Assembly (NCBI RefSeq): GCF_000196355.1
Contig: NC_007614.1
Coordinates: forward strand, 1,680,001 to 1,712,000
Source: Nitrosospira multiformis ATCC 25196
GTDB lineage: Bacteria > Pseudomonadota > Gammaproteobacteria > Burkholderiales > Nitrosomonadaceae
Direction: 5' to 3'
DNA length: 32,000 nt
Shown here: positions 23,711 through 32,000 of the stretch, piece by piece
How the letters are laid out: every line of letters starts with the position of its first letter
How positions within the stretch are numbered: the stretch's first letter is position 1
Program-made: the position numbers and the translations under genes
Notes under the pieces: model-generated
What the model was told of the DNA's origin: nothing
What the model saw: only the letters and a program-made list of their open reading frames with translations
Database searches by the model: none

Positions 23711-25801
23711 ATGGATAATAATGATGAAAGCCTGCCGCCCTCGGTTACCTTGCATACAAACGCCGTACTTCACGCCGGGCAACAGGTCGAGCATGAGCTT
23801 CAGCGGGTCAAAAGGGCCCTTGAGGATAAAACGAAACAGCTTGATGAGTCACTATCTATCCTGCGAGCAACCATAGAATCCACTGCCGACGGAATACTGG
23901 TTACCGACGAGTATGGCCATATGCTTCGCTACAACGAACGATATCTGCAGATGTGGCAGATTAAGCTCCCCGATATCGTTGAATTGCATCAACATAGGCA
24001 ATTGCAGAAACTTAGTTGCAAGTACTTGGCGGACCCGAAGCAATATCTTGAGAGAATAGAGGAAATATATGATGCCTGGCCGCCCGAAACATACGACTTG
24101 CTGGAACTTACCGATGGCCGGATATTTGAACGGTATTCGAAGATTCAGTATGCAGAGGACCTGTGTGTAGGCCGCGTATGGAGCTTTAGAGATATCACGG
24201 CCCGTAAACATGCCGAAGAGGCGCTGCAGGAAAGCACCGAGCGTCTCCACTTCATGGCTGAGGCCATGCCGCAGAAAATATTCACTGCGCGCGCCGATGG
24301 GGCCGTGGATTATTTCAATCAGCAATGGAAAGATTACACCGGTCTTGCCCGCGAGAAAATGCAGGGTTGGGAATGGATCAAGCTCATCCATCCTGACGAC
24401 GCCCCGGAGTGCGTGCGGCGCTGGCAGCACTCGCTTAACACAGGGGAGCATCTGCAGATGGAGTGCCGTTTCCGCCAAGCGAACGGCACTTACCGCTGGC
24501 ACCTGCTTCAGGCACAGGCGCGGCGCGATACGAAAGGGTATATATCCATGTGGGTCGGTTCGAACACGGATATCGACACGCTAAAACGCGCAGACGAAGA
24601 GAAAAAACAGCTCCTTGAGAATGAACGGATTGCGCGAAGCGAAGCCGAACGCGCGAACCGCATCAAGGATGATTTCCTGGCAACCCTATCCCATGAACTT
24701 AGAACACCGCTTAATGCCATCCTTGGATGGTCACAGCTCATCTTGCAGGGGACAATGAAAAACGAAGACATTCAAAGGGGTCTGGAAACCATCGAGCGAA
24801 ACGCCCGGGCACAGAATAAGCTTATCGAAGATCTTCTGGAAATGAGCAGCATCATTTCTAACAAAATCCGATTGGATATGCAGGAATGGGACCTTGGCGC
24901 AATAGCCGAGGCAGCAGTCGAATCTGTTGCACCTGCAGCCGAGGCTAAAGGAATATGTATCCGAAGAACAATCGATGCCACTGCAGGACGGGTTCTAGGG
25001 GATAACCATCGCCTTCAGCAGATAATATGGAACCTTCTTTCCAATGCCGTCAAGTTTACGCCTGACGGCGGTACCGTAGAGGTAATCGTGGAACGCGCCG
25101 CATCGCAGCTTAGGGTCATCGTAAAAGATTCCGGGGTGGGTATCAAACCTGAATTCCTGGCGTATGTTTTTGACCGCTTCCGGCAAGCCGACTCTTCCCT
25201 CACCCGGAATCATGGCGGCCTGGGCTTGGGACTTGCCATCGTGAAGCAGCTTGTGGGGCTGCATGGTGGAACGGTTTGCGCAGAGAGCAAGGGGGAAGGT
25301 CAGGGCGCCTCATTTTGCGTTACCTTACCGCCTGCCCCGATCAAGGACGGCATGGACAGACAACTGCTGCCTGATGCCAAACCTTCCCAGAAGGATGGCA
25401 ATATCCTTCTCTCAGGGATGAGGATTCTCGTCATTGATGACGAACGGGACTCGCGTGAGCTCATCCATAAAGTGCTCGCGCAGCACCGGGTTGAAGTCAT
25501 TACCGCGGCAAACGCCATGGAAGGACTGTTGATACTGAAAAGCCAGATGCCGGATGTAATGATCAGTGATATTGGCATGCCGGGAAAAGACGGCTACCAG
25601 TTTATTCGCGAAGTGAGAAGACTTCCTGCAATCCAGGGAGGAGAGATACCGGCAATCGCACTGAGCGCATTTGCGCATCCGGAAGACCGTACCTGCGCAA
25701 TGATGGCGGGTTACCAGATGCATCTCTCCAAACCCGTGGAATCAAAAGAACTGATCGCTTCCATCGGAAGCCTGATGGCGCGAGCAAAAACAGCGAGTTG
25801 A
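23711..25801 (+). CDS. Hybrid sensor histidine kinase/response regulator (coiled-coil leader, 2 PAS, HisKA, HATPase_c, REC)
   Basis: 696 aa. PAS S-box-like ILRATIESTADGILVTDEYG, second PAS KIFTARADGAVDYFNQQW. H-box FLATLSHELRTPLNAILGW. LLSNAVKFT, DSGVGI and GGLGLGLAIV motifs. Receiver ILVIDDERD...SDIGMPGKDG...SKP. No transmembrane helices. Confidence 0.9.
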   Translation: MDNNDESLPPSVTLHTNAVLHAGQQVEHELQRVKRALEDKTKQLDESLSILRATIESTADGILVTDEYGHMLRYNERYLQMWQIKLPDIVELHQHRQLQKLSCKYLADPKQYLERIEEIYDAWPPETYDLLELTDGRIFERYSKIQYAEDLCVGRVWSFRDITARKHAEEALQESTERLHFMAEAMPQKIFTARADGAVDYFNQQWKDYTGLAREKMQGWEWIKLIHPDDAPECVRRWQHSLNTGEHLQMECRFRQANGTYRWHLLQAQARRDTKGYISMWVGSNTDIDTLKRADEEKKQLLENERIARSEAERANRIKDDFLATLSHELRTPLNAILGWSQLILQGTMKNEDIQRGLETIERNARAQNKLIEDLLEMSSIISNKIRLDMQEWDLGAIAEAAVESVAPAAEAKGICIRRTIDATAGRVLGDNHRLQQIIWNLLSNAVKFTPDGGTVEVIVERAASQLRVIVKDSGVGIKPEFLAYVFDRFRQADSSLTRNHGGLGLGLAIVKQLVGLHGGTVCAESKGEGQGASFCVTLPPAPIKDGMDRQLLPDAKPSQKDGNILLSGMRILVIDDERDSRELIHKVLAQHRVEVITAANAMEGLLILKSQMPDVMISDIGMPGKDGYQFIREVRRLPAIQGGEIPAIALSAFAHPEDRTCAMMAGYQMHLSKPVESKELIASIGSLMARAKTAS

Positions 25802-26111
25802 CGCGGAAGGAACGTGACACTGGGTTAATACTCCGGCCAACTCCGATTGCATCGCACGATGGTCTCTATAATATTGCCACGTTTACCCGCTTAACGTGGT
25901 ACAGTACATGTTATGCTGCTGTATCCTCACCGCATTGCAAGAACAGTCCGCAGCAAGCTCCCTTTGCTCAGTAGCATTGTACTTCATTTCATTTACTTCA
26001 GTCGTTACACCCGTTCCATTCAATGTTCCACCCCCCCGAGGTTTGGGCCTGTAGCTTCATATAGGGATTCCCTGATTGTAGTGCGATCAGTCTTTCCAGA
26101 AAGGATAGCCC

Positions 26112-27932
26112 ATGTCAAAAAAGAATAATGAAGACGCTTTACTGCAATCGGTTGCTTTACAAACTGCCCAGACAATTTTGAGAGCCCGCCTTCGGGCCGA
26201 GCGCGTTCTTGAGCAAGCAAAATTAGACTTGCAAGATAAGGCAAGACAACTGGATCATTCGCTCACCATTCTTCGTGCTACAAGTACTGTGGAAAGGGAA
26301 AGATCGGAGTTAAGGAAAATGCCCGCGCCTCTATACCAGGAAGCATACAAGCGGAAAGCGGAATGTCGGACGTGCGTTGTCGCTGAAAAAACTCCTCTAA
26401 AAATATTCACTGCGCGCATCGATGGCACCAAGGATTACTTTAACGAAAGCTGGTTTGAATATACGGGGGTGGGCCTGGGGAAGTTGTTAGGCTGGGCATG
26501 GGTTGATCTTATTCACATCGAGGACATAGAAGAGAATTTAAAACGGTGGAAGCAATCCCTCCGGACCGGCGAGTCGTTCTGGATGGAAAATCGGATCAGA
26601 CAGGCAACGGGCAACTATCGCTGGCATTCATCCTGCGCCACACCAATTCGTAATGCTGGCGGCGGGATCTGGATGTGGGTGGGATATTGTATGGATATCC
26701 ACGAAACAAAGATGAAAACCGAAGAACTGGGACGCTTTCTTGCAAAAGAGCGGGAAATGCGTAAAGACGCAGAGCGTGTCAATCACTCCAAAGACGAGTT
26801 CTTCGCAATGCTGTCACATGAATTGAGGAACCCGCTCAATGCCATTCTCGGATGGTCCCAGCTTATTTTACAGGGAACAATGAATAGCGAGAGTGTTCGT
26901 AAAGGAATTGAGACCATTGAGCGAAACGCCAAGATCCAAAATAAGCTCATCGAGGATCTTTTCGAAATGAGCAGGATCACTGCCGGGAAAGTTACCTTGG
27001 AACTGCTGAGAATCGATCTCTCAAGTCTTACGGAAGCCGTTGTGGATTCGGCAGTACCGGTGGCGGAAGCAAAAAAAGTTCGGCTGCGAAAAATAATCGA
27101 TTCCGAGGTGGGATTTGTCCTGGCCGACGAAAATCGATTTCAGCAAGTCCTGTGGAATTTACTGTCTAATGCCATAAAATTTACCCCCGCGGAAGGAGAA
27201 GTAGAAATCCATGTTCGGAGGGCAGGTTCTCGCGCTGAAGTAAAGGTAAAGGATTCGGGAATCGGCATTAAACGAGAGTTTCTGCCACACGTTTTTGATC
27301 GCTTCCGCCAGGCTGATTCCCCCGCCAGTCGGCAGCAGATCGGGCTCGGTCTGGGACTTGCCATTGTGAAGGAGCTAGTCTTGCTTCACAGAGGCACCGT
27401 GATTGCCGAAAGCAATGGAGAAGGTAAAGGTTCAGTTTTTACTGTCAGCCTTCCTTTGATCCAGCATCGCGATACGGGAAGCGGAATCGAGAATCAAACC
27501 GATATTTTGTTAGAGTGCGACACACGTCTCCCGCTCACCGGCCTCACGCTTCTGGTCATCGATGATGAAAGAGATTCTCTTGAAGTTGCGAAAGAGGCCC
27601 TTACAACGCAAGGTGGCACAGTAATTATTGCGGGCGGTGCTGCAGAAGGCCTGGAAATTCTAAAAGCAAAGAGACCGGATGTGATAATTTGCGATATCAG
27701 TATGCCAGGCAAAAATGGATATCAGTTCATCCGGGAAGTAAGAAGCATGCCAAAAACCACCCACTCATCTACACCGGCAATTGCGCTTACCGGCTTTGCA
27801 CGTCCCGAAGACCGGACAAAAGCGATGATTGCAGGCTACCAGAAACATATCATCAAGCCCCTGAACACGACCAAATTGGTTGCGGTCATTACAGACCTCG
27901 TGCCTCTCGTGCCAGACCAATCCCTCTCATAA
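26112..27932 (+). CDS. Hybrid sensor histidine kinase/response regulator, paralog of the upstream gene lacking the first PAS domain
   Basis: 606 aa, collinear with the 23711..25801 product. The leader (...QLDHSLTILRAT), PAS (KIFTARIDGTKDYFNESW), H-box FFAMLSHELRNPLNAILGWSQLILQGTM, catalytic domain and receiver (LLVIDDERD...CDISMPGKNG...KP) all correspond. AAAGGA RBS 6 nt upstream. Confidence 0.9.
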   Translation: MSKKNNEDALLQSVALQTAQTILRARLRAERVLEQAKLDLQDKARQLDHSLTILRATSTVERERSELRKMPAPLYQEAYKRKAECRTCVVAEKTPLKIFTARIDGTKDYFNESWFEYTGVGLGKLLGWAWVDLIHIEDIEENLKRWKQSLRTGESFWMENRIRQATGNYRWHSSCATPIRNAGGGIWMWVGYCMDIHETKMKTEELGRFLAKEREMRKDAERVNHSKDEFFAMLSHELRNPLNAILGWSQLILQGTMNSESVRKGIETIERNAKIQNKLIEDLFEMSRITAGKVTLELLRIDLSSLTEAVVDSAVPVAEAKKVRLRKIIDSEVGFVLADENRFQQVLWNLLSNAIKFTPAEGEVEIHVRRAGSRAEVKVKDSGIGIKREFLPHVFDRFRQADSPASRQQIGLGLGLAIVKELVLLHRGTVIAESNGEGKGSVFTVSLPLIQHRDTGSGIENQTDILLECDTRLPLTGLTLLVIDDERDSLEVAKEALTTQGGTVIIAGGAAEGLEILKAKRPDVIICDISMPGKNGYQFIREVRSMPKTTHSSTPAIALTGFARPEDRTKAMIAGYQKHIIKPLNTTKLVAVITDLVPLVPDQSLS

Positions 27933-27942
27933 TTCATCTCTT

Positions 27943-27975
27943 TATGGAAGCTCAATAAGTTTTTTTGCTTCCATA
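27943..27975 (+). terminator. Hairpin immediately after hybrid kinase 3
   Basis: TATGGAAGC-N15-GCTTCCATA begins 11 nt after the stop. The T7 run lies inside the loop rather than after the stem, so it is atypical. Confidence 0.4.
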
Positions 27976-28277
27976 TTAGATAAGAATTCTCCCCCTTATC
28001 ACCCAGGCCCCAAGGCTCAGGGACGTAATTCCGTTTACGCCGCTTGAACGGATTCTTCTTGAATTTCCTGACATTCCAGGCACTTTCCTGCCTAATCTCC
28101 TGTCGTAGCTAGCTCAACCCCCAGTTCTGCGGGGGGCTTGAAAAAATTACGCCAGAACCCAGATAATAGGTATATGGCATAGCCTCGACTTCAGGCATCA
28201 ATGCGAAGCCAGAAGGAGACAGAAAACTTAATTTAATGGATTATTGAAAAACACAGCTATAACGGGACTTGAAATAT

Positions 28278-29372
28278 ATGATGTTGACAATACCGACCGA
28301 GCCGATCGGAAGCATCCCCCGTCCTCTCGAGCTCATCCAGGCCATTGAGAGCAAGGGTTGGAACCCGCGGATGGATCCCGCACTTGATCACCTATATGAA
28401 GCAGCAATAATAGAAACTATCAGAAGATTTGAAGCGACGGGGTCCCCTGTTATAACCGACGGCGAACAGCGTAAATATCACAACTTTTGGACATATTGTG
28501 TCGACGGGCTGGAAAATACGACACCGGAAGGCTTTATTATCCCCTTCTCCGCAGGACATAGTCGAAGGATGCCAATGTTGAAGGAAGGACCATTTCGGTA
28601 TCGCATATATGCGGATTATTATCTCGAAACAGCCATGCGTTACACAAATCTACCTGTAAAACAGGCTGTTATTTCCCCCTCTGCATTAAGTTTAATGTAC
28701 CCCCCCCATGAAATCGAGGGATACTCCCGGGATCAGTTTATCGAGGATTTATTGAACGAACACGAAACCGAGGTTCGACGCTGCCTCCATAAAGGGGCGC
28801 ACAAAGTCCAGATCGATTTTACCGAGGGGCGCCTGGCACTTAAAATTGACCCCACAGGAAGACTTCTGGATAGTTTTATTGATCTTAATAATATGGCGCT
28901 ATCCCGATTTAATTCAGATGAGCTTTCCAGAATAGGCGTGCACACATGTCCTGGAGGCGACCGCGATTCTACGCACAGTGCCGATATCGACTATTCTCAA
29001 CTCTTGCCAAAGTTGTTTCAGTTGAAGGCAAAAAACTTTTATATAGCCTTTTCTGGCGAGAAAGACCGTCTGCGTATCCTTAACATGATTCGGGCCCATC
29101 TTAAGCCGGATCAGAAAGTTTTCATTGGAGTAACCTCCCCAATCAACCCAGAGGTGGAGCGGCCGGAGCACATCTGTGATCTTATCCTGGAAGCAGCGGA
29201 GTTCATTCCGGTTGAGCAGCTGGGAACAACTGATGATTGCGGTTTTTCGCCTTTTTGTGATGATATCTCTACCACCAGGGAGACAGCATTTGCGAAAATT
29301 GCAGCACGGGTGCAAGGTACGGCACTTGCATCCAGCATACTCAGCGGAATTGCACAATCGTGCACTTCTTGA
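28278..29372 (+). CDS. Cobalamin-independent methionine synthase II (MetE C-terminal-like) family protein
   Basis: I prefer the ATG at 28278 or 28281 over the TTG at 28269. The N-terminus LTIPTEPIGSIPRP, HTCPGGD and DDCGFSPF are hallmarks of the MetE-like/UROD-superfamily 'family II' proteins. True substrate unknown. Confidence 0.8.
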   Translation: MMLTIPTEPIGSIPRPLELIQAIESKGWNPRMDPALDHLYEAAIIETIRRFEATGSPVITDGEQRKYHNFWTYCVDGLENTTPEGFIIPFSAGHSRRMPMLKEGPFRYRIYADYYLETAMRYTNLPVKQAVISPSALSLMYPPHEIEGYSRDQFIEDLLNEHETEVRRCLHKGAHKVQIDFTEGRLALKIDPTGRLLDSFIDLNNMALSRFNSDELSRIGVHTCPGGDRDSTHSADIDYSQLLPKLFQLKAKNFYIAFSGEKDRLRILNMIRAHLKPDQKVFIGVTSPINPEVERPEHICDLILEAAEFIPVEQLGTTDDCGFSPFCDDISTTRETAFAKIAARVQGTALASSILSGIAQSCTS

Positions 29373-29581
29373 AATAGATTATCGAAAAGCACGTATCAGA
29401 CCAGGTCCTGCCATTAAATATGTTGATTTTGGCACCTGGCTTAACCTCCTGATGCCATCCTCTCTCATTAATCGAGCTTGATGGACGGGGAAGAGGCAAG
29501 TCTTGTACAGGCCACTTCTGGCAAACCCGGCTCGGGGCGCACTACCCTGCCTGAGACAGAGCCATTATTTTTTCTTATAAG

Positions 29582-30472
29582 ATGCGCCGCTGGATCCTGA
29601 TCGGGATTTTTTTCTTTTCCTCCTGCATTGCTGTCATCCTGCTGACAGCCCTTGGAGTGGGCGAACTCCTGTCCGGAGCAGTACCCACTGCAGTAAATAC
29701 GCTCTCGATCGATTTGCCAGTCGAACCGGTGGAGATTCCCATCTACACTGATGCCCACGGAGCAAGCTCGGACGTGCATGGATGGCTGGTGCACGGAATA
29801 CGCGGACGAGGAATGGTACTGCTGGTTCATTCTCTCAGGAGCAACCGGGTGGAAATGCTGAGTCGTGCCCGGTTTTTGAACCGGCAGGGATATGGCGCCC
29901 TCCTCATCGATCTTCGGGCGCACGGTGAAACGGCGGGAGAACGTATCACCTTCGGTGTCCAGGAAGCTGAAGATGTGGAAGCGGCTATCGCCTGGCTGCG
30001 TAATACTTTTTCCGGCGAGCGAATCGGCGCCATTGGTGTCTCGCTTGGTGCAGCCGCGATTGTACTCGCGAAAAATCCACCGCGGCTCGATGCCGTGGTG
30101 CTTGAATCCCTCCATCCCACCATCGATGAAGCAGTGGACAACCGCCTCAGACTTCACCTTGGAAGCTTCGGTCCGGTTTTCTCCCCCTTGCTGCTATGGC
30201 AGCTCTCCTTTCGTCTCGATGTAAATCCCGACGAATTGAATCCCATCGACCGCATCGGTAATCTCAACTCGCCCCTTCTGTTGATTTCAGGAACTGACGA
30301 TCGGCATACGACAGTAGCAGAAACCGAAAGGCTGTTTGCTGCTGCCCGTCAGCCAAAAGAATTATGGATCGTTCCGGGTGGAGGGCATTTCAATATGCAC
30401 ACCTACGCAGGCAGGGAATACGAGAATCGCATACTGGATTTTCTGGAACGGTATTTGCCCAGGCGAAACTGA
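29582..30472 (+). CDS. Alpha/beta hydrolase with N-terminal membrane anchor
   Basis: 296 aa. N-terminal helix WILIGIFFFSSCIAVILLTAL. Nucleophile elbow GVSLG, with a candidate acid in SGTDD and a candidate His in GGGHF. Confidence 0.85.
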   Translation: MRRWILIGIFFFSSCIAVILLTALGVGELLSGAVPTAVNTLSIDLPVEPVEIPIYTDAHGASSDVHGWLVHGIRGRGMVLLVHSLRSNRVEMLSRARFLNRQGYGALLIDLRAHGETAGERITFGVQEAEDVEAAIAWLRNTFSGERIGAIGVSLGAAAIVLAKNPPRLDAVVLESLHPTIDEAVDNRLRLHLGSFGPVFSPLLLWQLSFRLDVNPDELNPIDRIGNLNSPLLLISGTDDRHTTVAETERLFAAARQPKELWIVPGGGHFNMHTYAGREYENRILDFLERYLPRRN

Positions 30473-30597
30473 TGCACTGATCTGACTGTTAATTGTGCGA
30501 TCGCCTCTTGTCGCCCGTAGCAGATGACTTTAGCGATAAAGCGATAAGGAAAAGTCCCCATTGCCCGCAAAGAAACTTGCGGCGCCGGCAGCAGTTT

Positions 30598-31638
30598 TTA
30601 GAATGGAGTCAGGAAAGACACGCCGCTCGCCCCCACAGCGGAGCCATTTTGAAGTCGATGTGCAAAAAGATTCCCTCGCGCTTCCCTGTCGTCACCCATT
30701 ACGCGCGCAACCCTGCTCTTATGGAAGCTCGCGAGTTGTTTCCGGAACGGGATAACAAACGGCAGCCGGCTCTCGTACTGCGCCCCATACAGCGCTCCAT
30801 GCAGCTTCGGCAACTCGTGCCAGGGCGCGGTGGGCCGGCTGTGATGGGCGTTATGATAGCCAAAATTCAGAGTAATGAGATTCAACCATGGATGTCTGGT
30901 CGAAACCGGATTGCTGAATGTGTGGGCCTGCTCATAATCCCGGTCACCCCGGGATCTTACCAATTCCGCATCATTATCGAACCCTATAATGATGTCATAA
31001 TTATGCTGAAGCGCATCCATGAAACGCAGGATTGTCAGAAACATGATATGGGCGATCAGGTAACACAGATAGGCAAGTGGAGAATGCACGAATAGCATCA
31101 CAAGCAAGCTGAATCGGACAAGAATGATTCGGGCTGTGCGAAGCCGTTGATCTTTCTTCTCCCTGAAGATGAAGGGTGCAAAAATGAGCACGCCGTGCAT
31201 CAGAAGCTCTATAGCGGGCACATAAAGCCACTCCAGCGCTTCCATCAATTTACGTTGGATGGGATGGCGGACAAGATAACCTCTATAGTCGAACTCAACC
31301 ACATCTGCATTATCGACATGATGCCGCATATGCTTTTCCCGCAAATCCTTGAAAGTGCCATAGCACCCTCCGGTCAACCAGTTCAGCATGCTACCCAGCA
31401 GCGCATTATGCCGCGATGATTTGAACAGCGTATTGTGTCCACACTCGTGAATCAGGTACGAGGCAATTACCATACCGTGGGCCAAAGCAAATGTGCCGAT
31501 TACCATAAGAACCGGGTGCAGGGACAGGATAAGTCCGAGTCCTCCCAGATAGCTCAAATGACAATAAAGCAAGGCAGAAACGTTCGGAAGCAAGCTCCCT
31601 TTACAGCGAAAGTACGTTTCTTCGATTTTCGTGAGCAT
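30598..31638 (-). CDS. Fatty acid desaturase family protein (membrane di-iron)
   Basis: 346 aa. Three histidine boxes, HECGH, HMRHH and HNAHH, with hydrophobic helices between them. Confidence 0.9.
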   Translation of the reverse strand: MLTKIEETYFRCKGSLLPNVSALLYCHLSYLGGLGLILSLHPVLMVIGTFALAHGMVIASYLIHECGHNTLFKSSRHNALLGSMLNWLTGGCYGTFKDLREKHMRHHVDNADVVEFDYRGYLVRHPIQRKLMEALEWLYVPAIELLMHGVLIFAPFIFREKKDQRLRTARIILVRFSLLVMLFVHSPLAYLCYLIAHIMFLTILRFMDALQHNYDIIIGFDNDAELVRSRGDRDYEQAHTFSNPVSTRHPWLNLITLNFGYHNAHHSRPTAPWHELPKLHGALYGAQYESRLPFVIPFRKQLASFHKSRVARVMGDDREARGNLFAHRLQNGSAVGASGVSFLTPF

Positions 31639-31730
31639 GGTTTATAACTCTCAACAGTTATGCCTTCGCGTCTCCGCCGGCCGAAAACAAGCCGCCCATA
31701 GAGAACATGTCGAATCTAATACGTCAATTA

Positions 31731-31759
31731 TACATGTAAAAATACATGTATATGTGTAC
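31731..31759. promoter_or_regulatory. Two copies of the 8-bp palindrome TACATGTA (12-bp register) plus a TATGTGTAC half-related motif; candidate operator
   Basis: Read directly: TACATGTA at 31731-31738 and 31743-31750, followed by tatgtgtac. The site lies in the 182-bp divergent region between the desaturase start (31638) and the ORF starting at 31821. Confidence 0.35.
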
Positions 31760-31820
31760 TATTTTGCCGCTATAATCAAGCCCATGGTTCTAAAGCAAAG
31801 GAAAGAAAGAGAAAGTAAAA

Positions 31821-32000
31821 ATGACCGGACTTTATAAGCAGTCAAACGCCCGGCGACGCCAGTTCGTTCAGCTGCTGACGGATCTCGACGAGTACTGGAT
31901 AGAGGTTCTGGGGAACAAGCTTTTTCACGACTTGAACTACTACGACCTTTTCACCCAGATGTGGCTCAAGATTAACAGTTCGGAGGACGATACCTTCCGC
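31821..32000 (+). CDS. Hypothetical protein, 5' part only (runs off the window)
   Basis: ATG at 31821 with 60 open codons to the window end: MTGLYKQSNARRRQFVQLLTDLDEYWIEVLGNKLFHDLNYYDLFTQMWLKINSSEDDTFR. Not in the track because it has no stop. Family not recognised. Confidence 0.4.
   Translation, partial: MTGLYKQSNARRRQFVQLLTDLDEYWIEVLGNKLFHDLNYYDLFTQMWLKINSSEDDTFR

Noticed and set aside
27933-28268. Possible cobalamin or SAM riboswitch upstream of the MetE-like gene
   Set aside because: AAGCCAGAAGGAGAC (about 28209-28223) superficially resembles a B12-box. I could not find the other conserved cobalamin-riboswitch elements (GGGAA/GGTG core, GCCACTG partner) or SAM-I features. A covariance-model scan would be needed to overturn this.
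29468-30157. 229-aa minus-strand ORF; also 30493-31095 (+) 200 aa
   Set aside because: They are antisense to the alpha/beta hydrolase and the desaturase respectively. Those two genes carry clear catalytic motifs (GVSLG; three His boxes).
1-32000. CRISPR arrays, retron/ncRNA-RT modules, toxin-antitoxin pairs, restriction-modification or other defence systems, prophage or integrase genes, tRNA/rRNA
   Set aside because: I scanned both strands and the ORF track. There are no repeat-spacer periodicity, no reverse transcriptase, nuclease, helicase or methylase motif sets, and no integrase. The only mobile element is the IS3-family IS. The absence is by eye only, and an HMM-based scan could still find something small.

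Overview
The window reads as a chromosomal segment of a Gram-negative, proteobacterial-type genome. The signs are an autotransporter, a Tat signal, a PEP-CTERM sorting tag and an IS3-family IS. It falls into four blocks.

**1. Aromatic alcohol/cresol-type catabolic block (1-9200).**
- A pirin gene, cut by the window edge and missing from the ORF track, lies divergent from a LysR regulator.
- A Zn-dependent aryl-alcohol-type dehydrogenase and a PEP-CTERM protein follow.
- A tight three-gene operon resembles the Pseudomonas putida p-cresol methylhydroxylase locus: cytochrome c subunit, unknown middle ORF, flavoprotein subunit. Here the middle ORF carries a twin-arginine signal.
- A conventional autotransporter closes the block.

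**2. Accessory-looking block (9600-20500) with a general-stress flavour.**
- Annotatable genes: DUF4142, a hemerythrin-domain protein, a KGG-repeat stress protein and an SDR.
- Interleaved with these are three signal-peptide-bearing Gly/Ser/Gln/Lys-rich low-complexity proteins and one acidic disordered protein.
- Also present: two short gene remnants, a fused ABC exporter, and a 1243-bp IS3-family element.
- The IS sits inside an MBL-fold hydrolase gene, with a 4-bp AGAT target duplication. Removing it restores the reading frame exactly.

**3. Three soluble hybrid histidine kinase/receiver proteins (20800-27930).** Two are tandem paralogs, and the second lacks about one PAS domain. No Hpt protein or output response regulator is visible.

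**4. Housekeeping-type genes (28270-32000).** A MetE-like family II protein, a membrane-anchored alpha/beta hydrolase, a fatty-acid desaturase, and a divergent partial ORF. Twin TACATGTA palindromes sit in the shared promoter region.

By eye I saw no rRNA, tRNA, CRISPR array, or recognisable phage-defence, toxin-antitoxin or secretion-system genes. The most unusual content is the cluster of secreted disordered glycine-rich proteins within the stress-gene block. This is a hypothesis, not a demonstrated system. All homology statements rest on motif recognition from memory; no database search was run.
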